Below, in pieces: positions 35,601-50,600 of a stretch of DNA of 64,000 bases. Where the stretch lies: the NCBI GenBank assembly GCA_004431415.1, contig QPMI01000255.1, positions 1 through 64,000 of the forward strand, written 5' to 3'. The position numbers and the translations under genes are program-made. The stretch's first letter is position 1; each line of letters starts with the position of its first letter. Under the pieces are notes generated by a model. That model saw only the letters and a list, made by a program, of their open reading frames with translations. It was not told the DNA's origin and ran no database searches. This DNA comes from Cyanophora paradoxa CCMP329 (lineage: Eukaryota; Plantae; Glaucophyta).

Positions 35601-38600
35601 GCTGCTGCTGCGGTACAGCGGCAACCTCGCGGGGATCATCGCGCAGGTCGGCAGCTCGGAGATATTCAGCGGATTCCGCGCCAGCGCCCTCTTCGTCGCG
35701 TACGACGCGCCGGCCGCCCTGGCCGGCATGGCAACTGGCTTCCAGGCTGACGCCCTGTTCGGTGCGCTGTGTTGATTCCGCGCATTGCGCATGCATTTCA
35801 GAACTACAGCTTTGCACTTAAGCCTAAAGCTTGCAATTGTCTAATTTTCGCTCGCCATTCATTTTGCACTCGTCTGATACCGATGTTCGCTCGCCATTCT
35901 CCGCAGTTCCTGTAACCCTTCTGCAAGTGACGGACGAGATTACAAATCACACCTGCGAGCGCGACACGCAGTCCTCCGGATCAGCACTGTTGCGCGCTTG
36001 GTGCGTTCGATCTCGGTCCACCGCTCGCAGTTTCAACTGCTTTGTCTGACGAGCCTCCCCATAAATATGCATCCAGGGCCTTCCAAGCCACACTTGGCCA
36101 ACGCTTCCGGATAGACTTCACGCGAATAGACCTCGCGCAGGATGGATACATCCGGGTTCGATTTGCCTGCTTTCTCGCTCTGGCTTTCGACGCAAGCTCA
36201 GCCGAGCGCAGGTCTTCGACGGGGAGCGGGCGCAGCAGCGGACCCTGCGAAGGAACCTCCTCCCGGACGCAGCGAGCGCCCTCCCGAACTCCGTGTCGAG
36301 CTTCGGGAGCGTGATGCTGGTGCTCCTGCGCGCCCCCCACGCGAACGCCACCGCTTCCTTCGACGTGGACGCCGTCCAAGGTGAGCTGACGGCCCTTGGA
36401 ATTCGCGGATCGCAACTTGGCTCTGAATCGCGATCGGCGCGTGCGCAGTGTCGGACGTAAACCTCGAGTTCGAGCTGGGGCCCAACAAAACGCTCGTCTC
36501 CGTCCGCCACTCCATCGGGGGCTCCTCCCTCACCTCCGCGAGCTGGTGCGATCGCAAATCCCGCGCCTCCATTCCACTCGCGCAATCTGCGTGGCCTGAT
36601 CGAGGGGCGGCGCTCGCGGGTCCAAGGCTTTTCAGGGTCTCGGACAACACGAGCCTGGTGGAGCTCAAGATCGCGAACTTCTTCTCGTCCGCAAAAATCG
36701 TCCTCTCGGTCGGCACACGCACACGGTTGCCGTCTTTGCGGCGCTCCGCTGCGTCGCTCAATTCGGCTGCGGCCGCAGATCTTCAGCGGGGTGGACTCGA
36801 CGGGCAGCCTTCTCCTCAGCTTCAGCGGAACGTACAGCCAGCTCGTCGCCCAGTACGGATCCGCGGCGTTCCGGACCCCGAGATTGAGCCCCATGTACGT
36901 CAAATTCCAGGACGAAGGCGCAGCGCAAGACAGCCTTGCCGAAACATCTCTTTTCGACGGCTTCGCTCAATATGGTGCCTGAGGCTGCGCATGCCTACGT
37001 TTTCCGCTGGTGATTGTATATTAAGTGTGGCTTACGATCGTCTTCCGCGAACAGTGACGAGCATCGAGGTCCCGGTTAACCAAAGCGCTATAAATCTTGA
37101 GGACGGCTATGAGACGCCGTACCCGGCTGGAGTCAGCCGTACTTGGTAAGCGTCAATTGAATCGGCATCTCAATCTATATCGAACACGGTATACGTATCA
37201 AATTCGGTAGTCTGAACCGAGGCCCGTGTCCGCAGGGAACTTGTCACATCACCTGGATGGCAGATAGTTCTTCGGTTCTCAGACATCTCAACTCTCCTAA
37301 GCAAGGATACTCTCGAAGTGAGCAGCCATGCATACAATTGCTTTCGCGCACTATAGAATTTCTCATTACAACTTGGTTCTATCCTTTACATTCGTGTATA
37401 TGTCTTGAGTATCAATGTCATGCTCTCAAACGCCCCCCCGCCCTCCCCTCTCCTCCCCAGCATCCCTCTCGCTACTTTCATATCATCGAGGCTTAGCCAC
37501 TTAGTGTCTGATTTGCTGCGGCAGGTGCTCGACGAGCGCGGCCTCCTCCTGCAGGCGACCGGGGACAAGCAGCTCCAGAACCTTGCCTTCGCCCACGGCG
37601 ACAGCAACGCGGCCTTCACCGCCGGCGTCGCCTCCAGAGGCGGCCGGCTGTTTGTCAAGCTGCGGGCCGATCGCGACCCTGGCACTTCCGCGGCCGGCTC
37701 CTCGCGCGGCGGCTTTGCCGCCACAGCGCTCGCCAGGCCCCGAGACCTGACCACCGACCGGAACGGGGCCTTCATAGAGATCTGGAACTACCCTTCGCTG
37801 TTCGAGGAACTGTGGTGAGCTCGATTGCCGGCTCGGGCGCGGGCGGCCGCTCCCAAAGGAAGCGCCCGGTTCATCGTTCTTGTTCCTGCGCAGGAGCGTG
37901 CGGGCCGACGAGGGCCAGGAGCTCGTGCTGCACGTCTCCAGCGCCTCCCTCAAGAACGAGGGCGACCTCCTTCGGGTGCGCGCAGCGTGACCCCGCCATC
38001 CGCGAAGGACGCTGCGATTGAGTTGCGCTCAATGGCTCATTCGTCTTGCGCCAGATCTTCGAAGGGAGTGAGCGCGTGCAGGAGCGCGTGCTTCAGACCC
38101 GCGGCAAGAACGAAGACACGCGGACGATCTCGATCAGACCGCAGCACGGGCAGAGTACTAGTGCAGCCACCGTGCATTTCGCCGCGGGCTCCAAGGGTGG
38201 GTTCCGCGGGCCGGATGAGCCCCTATGGGGATTCCGCGTCTTTGCCTTTGCAAGCCCCGCGGATGCTCTCTGCCCCACGAGGATTCTAGAAGCGTCTCCA
38301 AACATCCAGCGACTGACTTTTTCTGCCGCTTCTGTCGGCGCGGGATGCTCCCCCAAATGGTATGCGCACGTCTTTCTCTCGCCGCGCGCGTGCCCTAAGT
38401 TTGCGGCGAACAGGTTTATCGATGGCGCACAGTCCTGGTGGCGGACCCGATTCAACCTGAGTCTCACGCTTGCTTCCTCAAATCCGGCAGTCGGTTTGAA
38501 GGTGATTTTCGAGTTCGGACTGCTGCGCGCGCCCGATCGATTCGCTGTCAGCGGTACTTCTGCGTCTGAATCTGATCGCAGATTGAGAAAGCGGGATCGG

Positions 38601-41600
38601 TGGCGGCCGCGACGACCCTCGTCCACGCGCAACCGACGTCCATCGACCTCTCCGACGCCGAAACGGGCATCCCTCCCATCGTGTCAGTCACCTGCAGCGC
38701 GTTGCCGTGTCCGAGCTTCGAGCTGCAGTACTCCGTCGAGCGTGCGTCTCGATATTCGCAGCTACCACTATCTCTGCAGCGCGCATAACGGCGAGTCTGC
38801 AGCTTTCCCTGGATTTGCAACCGCCGAGTCTACGATTTCTGTTAGTGAGAACGGCAATCCAATCACTCTCCAGCCTCCCTCGATTAACGTCAACGACACC
38901 CGCGGCCGCTATCTCTCCGGACTCTACAAGCACTGGTGTGTCTCACTTTGTGCTCACGATTCATCCAACCGTGACGAGCGTCTCAGGATCATTCAATCGC
39001 CTCTGGGGACGCGTGTCTCGGCGCGCCTGCGGATCCGAACGAGCTTCGGGCGGGACAAGGTCAAGGTCTACGGCTCGAAGAGGATCGAGGGCGGGGCGCT
39101 GCTTCTGGAGACGAGCGGCGCCTTCGACGACGAAGTCGCCGTCGCCTCCGCCACGGACGTCATGTGCATCGTCCTCGAGGCGCGCGGCGAGGGCTTTTTC
39201 GCTGCCGACGTGCTCGCCGGTGCGGCAGACCCCGCCTGGCCCCATTGAAGATGGCCTTGGCGCCCCTCATCCCAGCGTCGTCTGTGCAGAGCGCGGCCGG
39301 GCATTGCAGTCAGACCGCGCCTCCTTCAACAACACGTTCTCGAGCTCCAATGCAACCTCCTGGTGCGCCGCCTTGTTGTGAAATAATTTCTTTTTCTCTC
39401 CTGCACCTTGATTTCATCATAACTCCGACTTCCTATGCCAATCCAGGCTTATTTCCGCCATGCCGCGCGAGCGGATCGAGCTCTCGACGACGACCAGCGC
39501 GGGCTGGACGCGCGTAAAGGTTGGAGCCGCTTGCGTCCACGCCGTGCAGCCACGCGGCCGGACACGGGGTGGTCGCGCGCGCAGGTGTTCGACGGGCCCA
39601 CGCGAGAGTTCCGCATGCTCTACGACGCCCTCTCCGAGAACAGCAGCCCCGAGACGAGCTCGGCCGTCAGCTCCGGCGGCCAGATGCTGATCGATTTCGA
39701 GACGGGAGGCGGCCAGGTCGCTGCTGCGTATAGAATGGGTGCGTCGCAGCACTTTTTCCATGGCTTGTCGCGATCGCGATATTGTTAGAGCAGCGGAAGA
39801 GGTCCATCACTTCACTGATCATGATGTGCTTATGTGCTTATTTTACGCAGTCTCTCTCATGGAAGAAGCTGTTGAGGCCATCGATGCCAGTGGTCGAGGG
39901 GTCCTCTCGTTCGAAATCTCCGCCGCCTTCTTCAACGCGAATGCATCGATGTCGCAAGCGTGGTGCGCCGCGTTGAGTCACTAATCAGCGATTCCACGGC
40001 GAGCAGACCGGCCCGCGGTTGCGAACGCAGGCTCCTGCAGTCTGCACCAGGAATGGTGTCGTTTTTGCATTTTGAAGAAGCGCATCTTGAAGCGAATGAA
40101 ACGCTCATGGTGCGCCTTGGGTCGATCACGAAATGTATTTTGAATTCAATCACGATGCTAATGAACTCCTATCTCTAGGTGTTCGATGACTCGTGGGCAA
40201 ATCCAACCAAGCAGCAACAAGTGATTCGCGGCGAAGTTTCGAGCGACTCTGTGTCGGTCCAAGGCTCCGGGAGCGACCTGTACGTCCTTTTCATAGGAAC
40301 TTCCAGCAGCTCTCTGGGCCTCAAATTCAAGGCCCTCTACCGCTCAGGTGAGTTGCACACTATTTCCCGAACTAAACATTGCAATTGTCCGTCGACGTCG
40401 CGCGGAAATTGAACTAAGTCGTTGGCAGTCGACCGGGCCGCGCTGGAGTCGGTGCAGACATTCGCCGTTGCTCTAGACAGCATCCCCTCGGGCCAGTATT
40501 TCTGGGTCGGTCAGGAGAGGCACTGCGACGGGCGAGAGCTCGCAATCAAGGATTGGTGAGCGCGACCATTGACGCCAGGACACGCCCCGCCGCGTGCATT
40601 TCGCGCCTTGTTCGTGAACTCTCTCGCCTCGTTAGGTCCTTCTCCGCCCGAGGCGGCCCGATAGTCCTTGAGCTCCGAGAGGTGTCTCTGTCGCCGGGGT
40701 CCTCGCTCAAGGTCACTCGAACCCGCGAGACGCCTGTCGCGCGTCTCGGACCGCGCGTGCACGTGACGCGCGGCATCTGCAGGTCTACGACACATCGAAC
40801 CCCCTGGATCCCGTGGAGCTGGGGCGCTTCGAGCTGCAGGGGGTCCAGCGGGGCAGCTCCGTTGCCGTCACGTCGCCCTCCTCGAGGCTGCGCGTGGCCC
40901 TGCAGTGCGGGGTGGGGTCGCGCACGGGCAACTTCACCGCCGCCGCCCGCTCGAGTGCGACCCAGTACTAGTCGCTCCGCAGCTCGGCGCACATTTACTG
41001 AAGCGACACATCGCGCGCGTGCGCGCAGCGTCCGGGGCCGCCATCATCCTTCACGCGGACCTCGCACGCATGGAGGCCGATTTCGGCGACGTCTCCCAAA
41101 TCGCGAGGCAGTACGTCGAGGACGACGAGTCGTGCATGGTCTCCGGTGCGCCCTGCCTCCGCATGCTCACGTGTGCCCGGACGCGTCGCGGTTCCGCGCT
41201 TTGACGCGCCAAGCAGCGCCGCGTCGGTCGATGCTCGGCGCTGCGGGGCTCCACGGATTCGACGTGAAGGCCGCCGTGCCGGGCGCGTTCCTCGTCGTCC
41301 CGGTGCGCCTCGCCTTCTGGGCCACCTCGCGGGACGCGTCCGATGGGGGGCCGTGCACGTGCACGTGCAGCTGGGCGGGCTGCTGCAGGCGCGCGACCTG
41401 GGAGCGCCCTTCTACTTCAAGGCCTCCCTCTCCCTGACGACGCCGGCCGAGAGCGCCGCCCAGGCCCTCTCCACCGTCAGCGTCAGCCTCGGCAACGTCC
41501 CCCGCTCCCTCTGCGAGGAGGGCGCCCAGGCCTCCCTCCAGCAGCTCCGCTCCTTCTTCTCCACCGACACCGGCCACCTCACGGTCCGCCCCGGGCCGGC

Positions 41601-44600
41601 CCGCCGCCCGCTCGCGCCGACGGGCCTGGGCGGGCGGCAGGGGGTCTCCGTCGCTCTGCGGCTCGACGGCAAAGCCCCTGCCGCCCCGCTGGCCCTCAGC
41701 CTGCGCCCCGCAGTGCTGGCCTTCGACGGGCGGCGGAACGGGGACAGCTTCTTCCCGGCGGTCATCGAGGCGCCCCCGAACCTCACCGACGCGACCTCAC
41801 GCACGGGTCACTGGCGCCTGCACGTCTCGTACCTGCCCCGGCTGGCGGCCTCTGGCGACGCCTCAAAAGCGGCCGCCGAGCTCTCGTTCTACACCGAGCG
41901 CAACCAGCAGTCGACCGCCCTCCTGAGCCGGTGAGGCGCTCGAGCCCTTCGAGCTTTGATTCCGCGCGGCCGGTGCTCACTGTTGCTGCCTGCACCTGCG
42001 ACAGGCGGGTGGTGCAGCACAACTTCGCAACCGTCCACGCGAACCTCGCACTCATCATCGGCGCACGCTCCCTCGTGTGCAGTTCCCCGCCACCTCGCGG
42101 CGTCTACTTATGTGCGCACAGTCTCCCGTGCGAGTGGAAGAGATCGCCGTCCTTCGCGCTGGAACCATCATTGCGGTCACTCGCAACTCGGGCCCCTTGT
42201 CAGGCGGCAATGTCGTCACCATTTCAGGGGAATTCCTCGGCGTGGAGGCCGAGCCTTCCGATGTGTACCGGGTCGACCTCTGTGGCGTTCCTGTCGATGC
42301 GATCGTTCGTCCCGCCCCGCCCGCCGTCGCTTGCGATTGCAGGCCAGTGACAACGGGGGCGGGCGGCGCAGCTGCACAGCTCGAGCTCGCAGGTCGTCGT
42401 GCGAGTCGGGGACGCGCGGCGGGCAGCGCTCTCGCAGCTGACGGGGGAGGTCATCGTCTACTCGCGGCTCCTCTTCAGAACCACCAGCATGCCGGAGGCG
42501 TACACGTACCTGCCCCGTGCGCGACGCTTTCGTTCCGATTCCCCAGAGCGCACCGGGCTGCATGCGTGACCCTCACTGCAGCTGGGTCAATCGATTCCGT
42601 GGATCCCGCCTCGGGGCCGTACCACGGCGGAAACCGAGGTCCTTCACATTCAGATGGAAATGAATCCCTGAACCCTCTGACACGTACATTGACGTCGCCC
42701 GCAGTTACAATCAAAGGCAGGTTTTTCGCGGAGAACTGGGATTCCATCTCGGCCGTCACATTCGGCGACTTCGTCGCCGAAATCCTCTATGAATTCGCGC
42801 CCAGCGATCGCCTGGTGGTCGTGCGGGCCCCGCCGGCGAATGCGACGTTTGACGCGACCGTCCCGGTCTCCGTCCGCTCCGCCTCGCGCGGCTCCACCGA
42901 CGTCCTTGCGTGCACCAGCTGCCTCTACAGATACAATCCAGGTGCAGAGGGCGCCGACCTGATGGCGGGACGGGCCCCCTAACGCCGCGCGCGCAGCGTG
43001 CCGAGTGACGGGGGCGGCGCCCAGCAACGGGCGGCTCTCGGGGGGCACCTCCGTGACGCTCCAGGGAGAGTTCTACGCCGGCACCGCCGCCTCGGACGCC
43101 GACCTGACCCTCGCCGGCGTCCCCGTCGCCAGCCTCGCCGGCCTCAACTTCGAGAGCCCGAGCACTCCCGTCAGCTCCCTCGTCGTCGTCACGCGACCCG
43201 CCCCCAACCCGCAGGACGGGAGCATCAACGCCACCTTCGCGAGCCACGGCGTCTGCCTCAAGGGGCCCGGCGCCGTCTGGACCTACAACCCGGAGCCCGT
43301 CCTCGCGTCCATCACGCCGGACCACGGGTCGCGGCACGAGGAGACGGCACGGGCTGTGATCAGGGGCGAGAACCTGGCGGCGGGCGCCGGCGACCTGGAG
43401 CTGGTGCGGCTGGTCTGTGAGGACGGCTCGGTGGTCGCCGGGGCCCCGCTCTCCGTGAACCTCACCCACGTGGAGGTCGCCTTCCCGCCACTGGCGAGCC
43501 GTGCGCAGACCTCGCGCAGCGCCACCGACTGCTCGCTGGAGATGCGCTCCACCAGCCGCGGCCGCGGCGAGCTGCCGCGCGCGTTCCGCTACCACGCCTC
43601 GCCCGGCCTCTACGGCTCGCGGCTGCTGGAGGCGGGGGCGGAGGGGAGGGCGACCACCGTCCAGCTCTCCCTCGTCGACGTCGACCTCGACACCGCCATC
43701 ATCACCGTCTGCGGCCTCCCCTGCGTTTTCTCCGACCGAGGCCTCCCCATCGACCTGCGGAACGGGTCGGTACAAGTCACCGCCGACGTGTTGGGGTGCG
43801 CGTGTGCATGCGCCTGATTTCCGAGCTTGTTTTGCGTTGGGATGACGCTCGGGGTCGCAGCCTTCCCTCGGGTCTGGCGCTGAATTTCGCCTCCACCTTC
43901 GTTGCAATCCAGAGCCAGGCCGTGCCCTTCTGCTCCGTCCGCTTCATCTCCCCTTCCTCCGCAGCTCTGGACGGCGGCGCTCCCACGCAGCTCACCATCG
44001 CGTACGCGTCCAGCCTTGCTAGCGCGACGGCAATTGTGTCGCGCGTCTTTCTCGCGGGCGTCGAGGCGACCGTGAAGCCCCACGACCCCGGCGCCTCGGC
44101 CATCGGGGTGCTGGTCGGGAAATCGGATCGCACGCTCTCCTCTGACGCGTCCGGTCCCGTCCTTGCTATGCTGGGGAGCGGCCAGTGGTGCTCCCGCGCG
44201 CCCTTCAACGCCGATTTCGCGTACCGCGGGAAGGGCTCCCTGCTCCGCATCCTCCCCATCCACGGTCCCAACGCGGGCGGCGTGCGCGCGCGTCGCGCTT
44301 GCTGATTGCGAGATCTAGCTATATATAGAGCGAGCTCAAGAATATCCAGCTTGATTTGTTTCTGCCTGCGCAGTTCCCTGTGACGATCGTTGGATGTGAC
44401 ATGGCCGAAGGCGCCAGCGACGTCGAATCTGTTCAGTTCCAGTGCAAGGGCGAGGCTGCAGCTGGCGGGGCGGCGCCCCCACCGTACAACGTCACTTTCG
44501 GCTCTTCCGACTACACCTGGCGGGATGTCTGGACGGCCGAGGAGACGGCCGCAGTCGCATCTGTCAACGCGACTTGCGGGACGGCTGTTCGGAAAGTTCT

Positions 44601-47600
44601 CGCAATCAAGGCTGTCCCAACCGCCACCCTCTCTGCTTTCACGGAATGCAGCGTGGAAGTGAAGTCCTACGTGCGCGGCCGCATTGTCTCAACGGAACCG
44701 TTTAAGTATCACGCAAGTGCGCGGATGCCGCTGCAGGCCGTTGACGCAAATTCGTCCGTTGACGCAAATTCCTCCGCAGTCGCCCGACTGACACAAGAGC
44801 CCAGTCTTATGAAGGGATACCTCGACGGGGGGACGATTATCACCCTCACCGGGACTGACTTGATCTTAACCGCGGGGACTCAGGCGACTGCACTTGTGGC
44901 CGGCATCTCAGCGAAGATCGTTTTGCGCACTGTTCTGAGCGAGGTGCGCGGAGAAATGCAGGTGGTCCTGAACACAAGCCGGTCCGTTTGCGATATCAAT
45001 TGCACTAGCGCTGCGAGCTCCTTCCTTCACGTTCTTGCGCTCGTTGATCGGCGACTTAGGGTTGATGAAGCTACGCTGGACCTGTCTTCTAGCGCAAATG
45101 GAGTAACGGGCCCAATCGTCCTTTCGTCCGGAGGCAGATCCTTCTCCAGTTCGGGCAACTTCACGTATCGGGTGCCCTGCGTATCCGTACGTCTCCTTCG
45201 ATTCGGGACGCTCACGGCGTGACGCCAGGGGATCTACCGGGCGCGGCCGTCCCTCATGGCGCTGGACAGCAAGGACCGGCAGCTGACGGTCTCGGGGATC
45301 GACCTCCTCTCCGACGGCCTCACCAGCGACGCCCGCCGCCCCCGCGTCTGGGTCGCCGGCCTCGAGGTCCCCGTCCAGATCGACGACAGCCTCGGCCTCG
45401 AGCGCGCCGCCCTCCGCGCCACCCTCCCCAACGCGACCGCCCTCTACAGCGCCGGCATCGACACCGGCCCCGCCGAGATTGTCGTGCAGCTCGCCCGCGA
45501 CGGCGCTCAGCTCACGACACGGCGCCAGCGAGCCCTCCAGTTCGTGGGCATCAAGAGTGTCACGCCGGACGTCGGCTCGACGGAGGGCGGCGAGACGCTC
45601 ACCGTCACCGGCAACTACATCACACCCTCCGCAGACCCCGCAAGCTACGTCGTGAGCCTCGTCAGCGCCGACGGGAGCGCGACGCTACCATTGACCGTCG
45701 CGGAAGTGCGCACCAACTCCTCGAGCATTGTCGTCCTCGTCCCCCGCGCCTCGGAGACGGCCTCGGTGCGGGTCCCCTCCGGACTCTACGACCTTGCCAT
45801 CTCCGCCCGGACGGCGGCCGGCGAGGCCGCCTCGGACTTCAGCAGGCCATCCCTCTTCACGATGTTCGGCATCGACCGCGTCGCCCCCGAGTGGGGCCCC
45901 CTCGATGGCGGCACGCCCCTGACCCTCACCGGGCGCTGGCCCGCAGGCCCTCTCACCTGCTCCGTCAAGGGCGTCCCGGCTGCCCTGGACGCGGTGGCCT
46001 CCGGCGTTCCCCTCGCCTCGGGGACCGTCGTTGCAGCGGCGGCGGGAGCGGTCGTCATCAGAACAGGGAGCGCCCGGGCGGCGAATGTGGCGACCGGATA
46101 CGGGACGGTCAGCTGCCGTGCAGCTGCGGGAACAATGAGCGTATCCTCCCACTTCACATCGTTCATGTACACCGGAGTGCATGACATTCAGCCGAAGTCC
46201 GTCCCCCTCTCGGATGTAAAAACGGTGCGCTGGCCCTGGAATTCAATTCTATCGAGTTCCAGTCAATTTTCCAAGCAAACACTGGAGCTCACTACGAATT
46301 CGTCGCAGGTCACACTTTTCGGAGCGCGGCTCTTCTCATACGACCAGACGGAGGCCCCGCGCGTGACAGTGACCATGGACGGAGATCCGCAGCGCTCTTT
46401 GCAGCTGGGATCCGGTGGAACTTCAAAAGCCCTGCTCTTGTCCAATACATCCGCCAGCGGTGTCCATGTGAGTCGCTGCTGCCGATCGCGAGTCCTTTGA
46501 TAGGAAGCGGCCTGTGATTGATTTACCACAGGAACTTTATGTGACGATTCCGGACACGTCTTCCCTCGGAACTGGCTTCCTCACTTTCACAATAGACAGC
46601 GCGCTGTTTGGTGTGACGCACGACAGCCCGGCAATTGAAGCTGAAGTCTGGGGAATAGATCGAGTCTCACCCTCGGAAGGTGCGTTAAAATTCGCTGCTC
46701 GATATCGATGTCACGATCGTGCACCAAAACACATGCACAAATGCATCCGCTTTCAGGCTCAGTGCGCGGCGGCGACCGCGTGACCCTCGTTGGGAGAAAC
46801 ATGCTCCTTGGCTCCGTGGCCGCTCAGCTCCACTCGTTCTTGATCGGGGGCCTGCCAGCGACACTCGCATCCGACATACAGATAGCTGCCAGTGGCGTCC
46901 AGCGCATTGTGGTCGTCACTGCGTCATCGTGCGACAACCTCCAGTCGGACAGATCGTCGGGTGGCTTGGTGGCCGTGCAAATCGCTTCCGGCGCGTCCGG
47001 GTCGCGGCTGAAGCGGGACCGAATGTTCACCTACTTCGGGCGCTGCCCGTCAGCGAGCAGCACGGACGGGCAGGAACCCGACGCAGGGTTAACGGAGTAC
47101 GATGATGGGCACACCTTCGTGTTCACATTGGCCCTCCCGTTCGAGAAGGCGCTTGCCGACCGGACGCAGTACATTGAGCTGCTGCTGCAGCGGGTAGCGC
47201 AGGCGCTCGGGGTGGCGCGGGGCGACGTCCGCGTCTCGCTGCTGGTAAAGGGGTCCACGAAGTTCCTCGTGCAGGCGACCAGCGCCGCCGCGCGCGCAAG
47301 CATCGACGCCGCCTTCCAGGTGCGGCCCTCTCTTCGCCTTCGACGTTTCCAAGTGCCCACTCTCCTCGCGCTCGTAGGAGCTGGCCTCGAGCGCGTCTGG
47401 CAGCCTCGCTCCTGCCATGAACATCGAAGTCGACGGCTACGGGCTGACTGCGGCGCCGGTTGCCGTCAGCGGCACAGCCGTGTTGCCGACGCGCTGGGCG
47501 TGCGGCGAAAATTACGCCGCCGGCGACGGCTGCGACTGCGGCTGCGGCGTCTTCGATCCCGACTGCGCCTCAGAGCCGGGTGTCTCCAATAATGACATCG

Positions 47601-50600
47601 TCTGCTCGGCGGGTGGCTCGCGGTGCGCGAATGCGTCTCCGAATTCGACCTGCCGGTCGGCACCGGTATTAATATTGATGTCGCATCTTGGCGCAGGTAT
47701 TCAGCCTATTCCCGAAGCAACGGCGCGGAGCTCGCGGGGCCCTGCACGTACTGCCCGATTGTGCCTCCGGATGCTCGGTCCCGCACGCAGGCCGCAGCCG
47801 ACAGCCGAGCGCACCGATACGTTTGGTACTCGCCACTGCGCTGCTCTTCGGAGACCGACAGTTGCTACGGGGGGGACGACATGGTCAACGACGGCTCCTT
47901 CCTGCGGCCCTTCGAGAGCGTCGCGCGGGCGCTCGAGGGGCTCGCGGCCAACGCGACGGTCCACCTTCTCCCCGGCAGGCACAGGTGGACGGCGTGCGAC
48001 GAGGGCTTCTGGGCGCACGTCAGCGACGGTGGGCGCGCCCTCGACCTCGAGATCGCCTCCCTCAGCGGCGCCTCCTTCACAATCGTGGAGGTCGAGCGCG
48101 GCTGCGGCTTCCTTAGCGTCGCCTTCTCTCACCCTGACAGCCGCCTGAGAATCTCCGGCTTGCGCTTCTCGGGTGGAGGAGGCGCTCCCCTCCTGCAACT
48201 CTCCCTGGCGGACGGGGCGCGAGCCACAATTGACGGATCTGTCTTCGACGGGTCCTCCTTCAGAGCCGAGCCGGCATCCATGAGTGCACAAGCCGTCATA
48301 ACCCTCGACGGCGGTGCACTCTTCAACGTGTCCAACACCGTGTTCAGAAGCTTCACTGCGGCAGCCACAAGCAGCGTAGTTGCCGTCACCCGTGTCAGGA
48401 CGCTGCTGCTTGACGGCATAACGTTCATCAAAAACGCTCTGCGGGGCCCAGGTGTGGCTCTGTCGGCGTCAACCGTCGGCAGCCTCGTTATTCGCAGGAG
48501 CACCTTTGCCGACAATACGGCAAACTCGTGCGTGCAACCCGACCCGTTGCATCTATCGCGTCTGACTCGAAAAACACGCAAAGAACTTCGGGAGGGGCGA
48601 TTCTCGCAAGCGTTGTCTCGGCAGAGGTCGCCGACAGCAGTTTTATGCGAAACGTGGCCGGAGCTGGCACCTTGTCGGAAGAAGCTGCAGCTGGGCAATC
48701 GCTCCTGGAAGGCGGCGCAGCGCTTGCTTTGATTCTTCGGGCGCGGGAAGCAAAGGTGCTGCGTTATCCGTATTTTATTCAAAGAGCCTGCCCGAGCTTT
48801 CACTCGCAGGCGACGCTGCGGAATTGCTCTTTCTCAGATAACCGCGCCTCGAGCGAGATGGTGGCCGCGCCCGCAGCAGGAGGCGCCGTCGGCGTCCGCG
48901 ACACAACTAACTCCGTCCCGTCTACAAGCACGGTACTCATTGAATCTTGCACTTTCTCGAACAACAAGGTTCGCCAAAGCCCGCCCATGGATATCGATCG
49001 TCAACGATTGCGCTTGCGATGTATGATATCGGTCCCCATGAAACAGGCTCCGCGGATCGGTGGCGCCATGGCAATCGCTGATGTCGGAAACGCAACTGTC
49101 GTCGACTCTGTATTTAACGGAAACAGCGGCGAATGGTGCCCCTGCGGAGACGGCGCGTCTGGCGGTGGCTCCTCGAGATTCGAGTTTGGAGGCGGGGCTG
49201 TGTACGTCGGTGGACGCGCATCCGGCAGGAGGCTCGCCGTCATCAACTCCATCTTCGCAAACAATTCGGACACGGGCTGCAGCGCCCTGGCTGCAGGCAG
49301 CGAGCAGTTTGGCGGTGGCGCCATTCTCGCCAAGCAGCTCGCCGCGCTCGTCGTTCGGGGAACGGCTTTCGCGGCCAATCGCGCGAGCGGTGCAGGAGGG
49401 GCGATCCTCCTGGCCGGCTCCTCGTCCGACGGGGGCGACCCGCTCACCGTCGACATCGAGTGGAGCCGATTCGAAAACTGCACCTCAGCGCAGAGCGGGG
49501 GGGCCCTGCTCGTCCCGGACTACGCCAGCCAGCTCTCGCTCGTTGCGTCGTCCTTCGAGCGCTGCTCGAGCCTCGTGGAAGGCGGAGCCGTCTCCTCGAA
49601 GGCCACCACGACATCGGTGGACGCGTGCACGTTCCTCCGCTGCGGTGCGGAGGGGCGCACGCTTGGGGCGTCTCTTTACATCGAGCACCGCTCCTCGTCG
49701 AGGCTGCGGGCGAGCACTTTCATTGGGGGGAGGGGCCGCCAAGGCGGTGCGATCTACTTTGCGGCCGGCGACCTTGCGGCGGCGGTGCCTCTTGCCGCCG
49801 AGGGGGCGTCTGGGACGTGCAGCCCAAGCTCGCAGCCGGCGGCGGCGAGCTCCGCGCGCGAGTCTTCAGCGGGCGCTGTGACCCTCGAGGACCTGACGTT
49901 GACGGACTCTAGAACGACGGACTACGGCGGGGCCCTTGTCCTCGAAGGGCTGCTCCAGCTGCAGGCCAGCAACGTGCGAATATCTCATGCAGCGAGCGGG
50001 ACGAAGGGCGGGGCGGTGTACGTCGACTCGGAGAGCACGTCCAACGATGTCCTCTTCCGGGACTCGAGCTTCAGCGAGTGCTCGGCCTTCACCGGCGGCT
50101 GCGTCTTCGTCGCCAACTCCGAGGCGCTCCGCTTCGAGAACGTGACCCTCGCCGGCGGCCAGTCGCAGGAGAACGGGGGCGGCCTCGCCATGGACGACGG
50201 GTCGGCCACCTGCCACCGCTGCCTCTTCCGGGACTGCCAGGCGGAGAGCGGGGGCGCCGTGTACGTCACCGGATTCGCCTCCTTCGAGATGGCCAACTCC
50301 ACGGCCCTCTCGTCCACCGCTCGTCAGGACGGTGCGCAGCCGCCGCCGTCGGTTCGCTAACTTGCAATAGCACCTCTGACCGCCTCGTCGCGCAGGGGGT
50401 GCGATCGTGGCAAACGGGCAAGCGACGCTGCGGTTGACGAAGTCGCTCATTTCCGGGGCCCAGGCGGTCAGCGGACGGGGCGGCGGCCTCTTCTGCACCA
50501 AGCAGTCGCGCTGCTTGCTCCAGAACTCTTTAGTGGCCGAATCTGTGGCGAAGAGCGGCGGCTGCGTGGCAGTGCATGCGACCGGCTCGATCTCGTTCGT

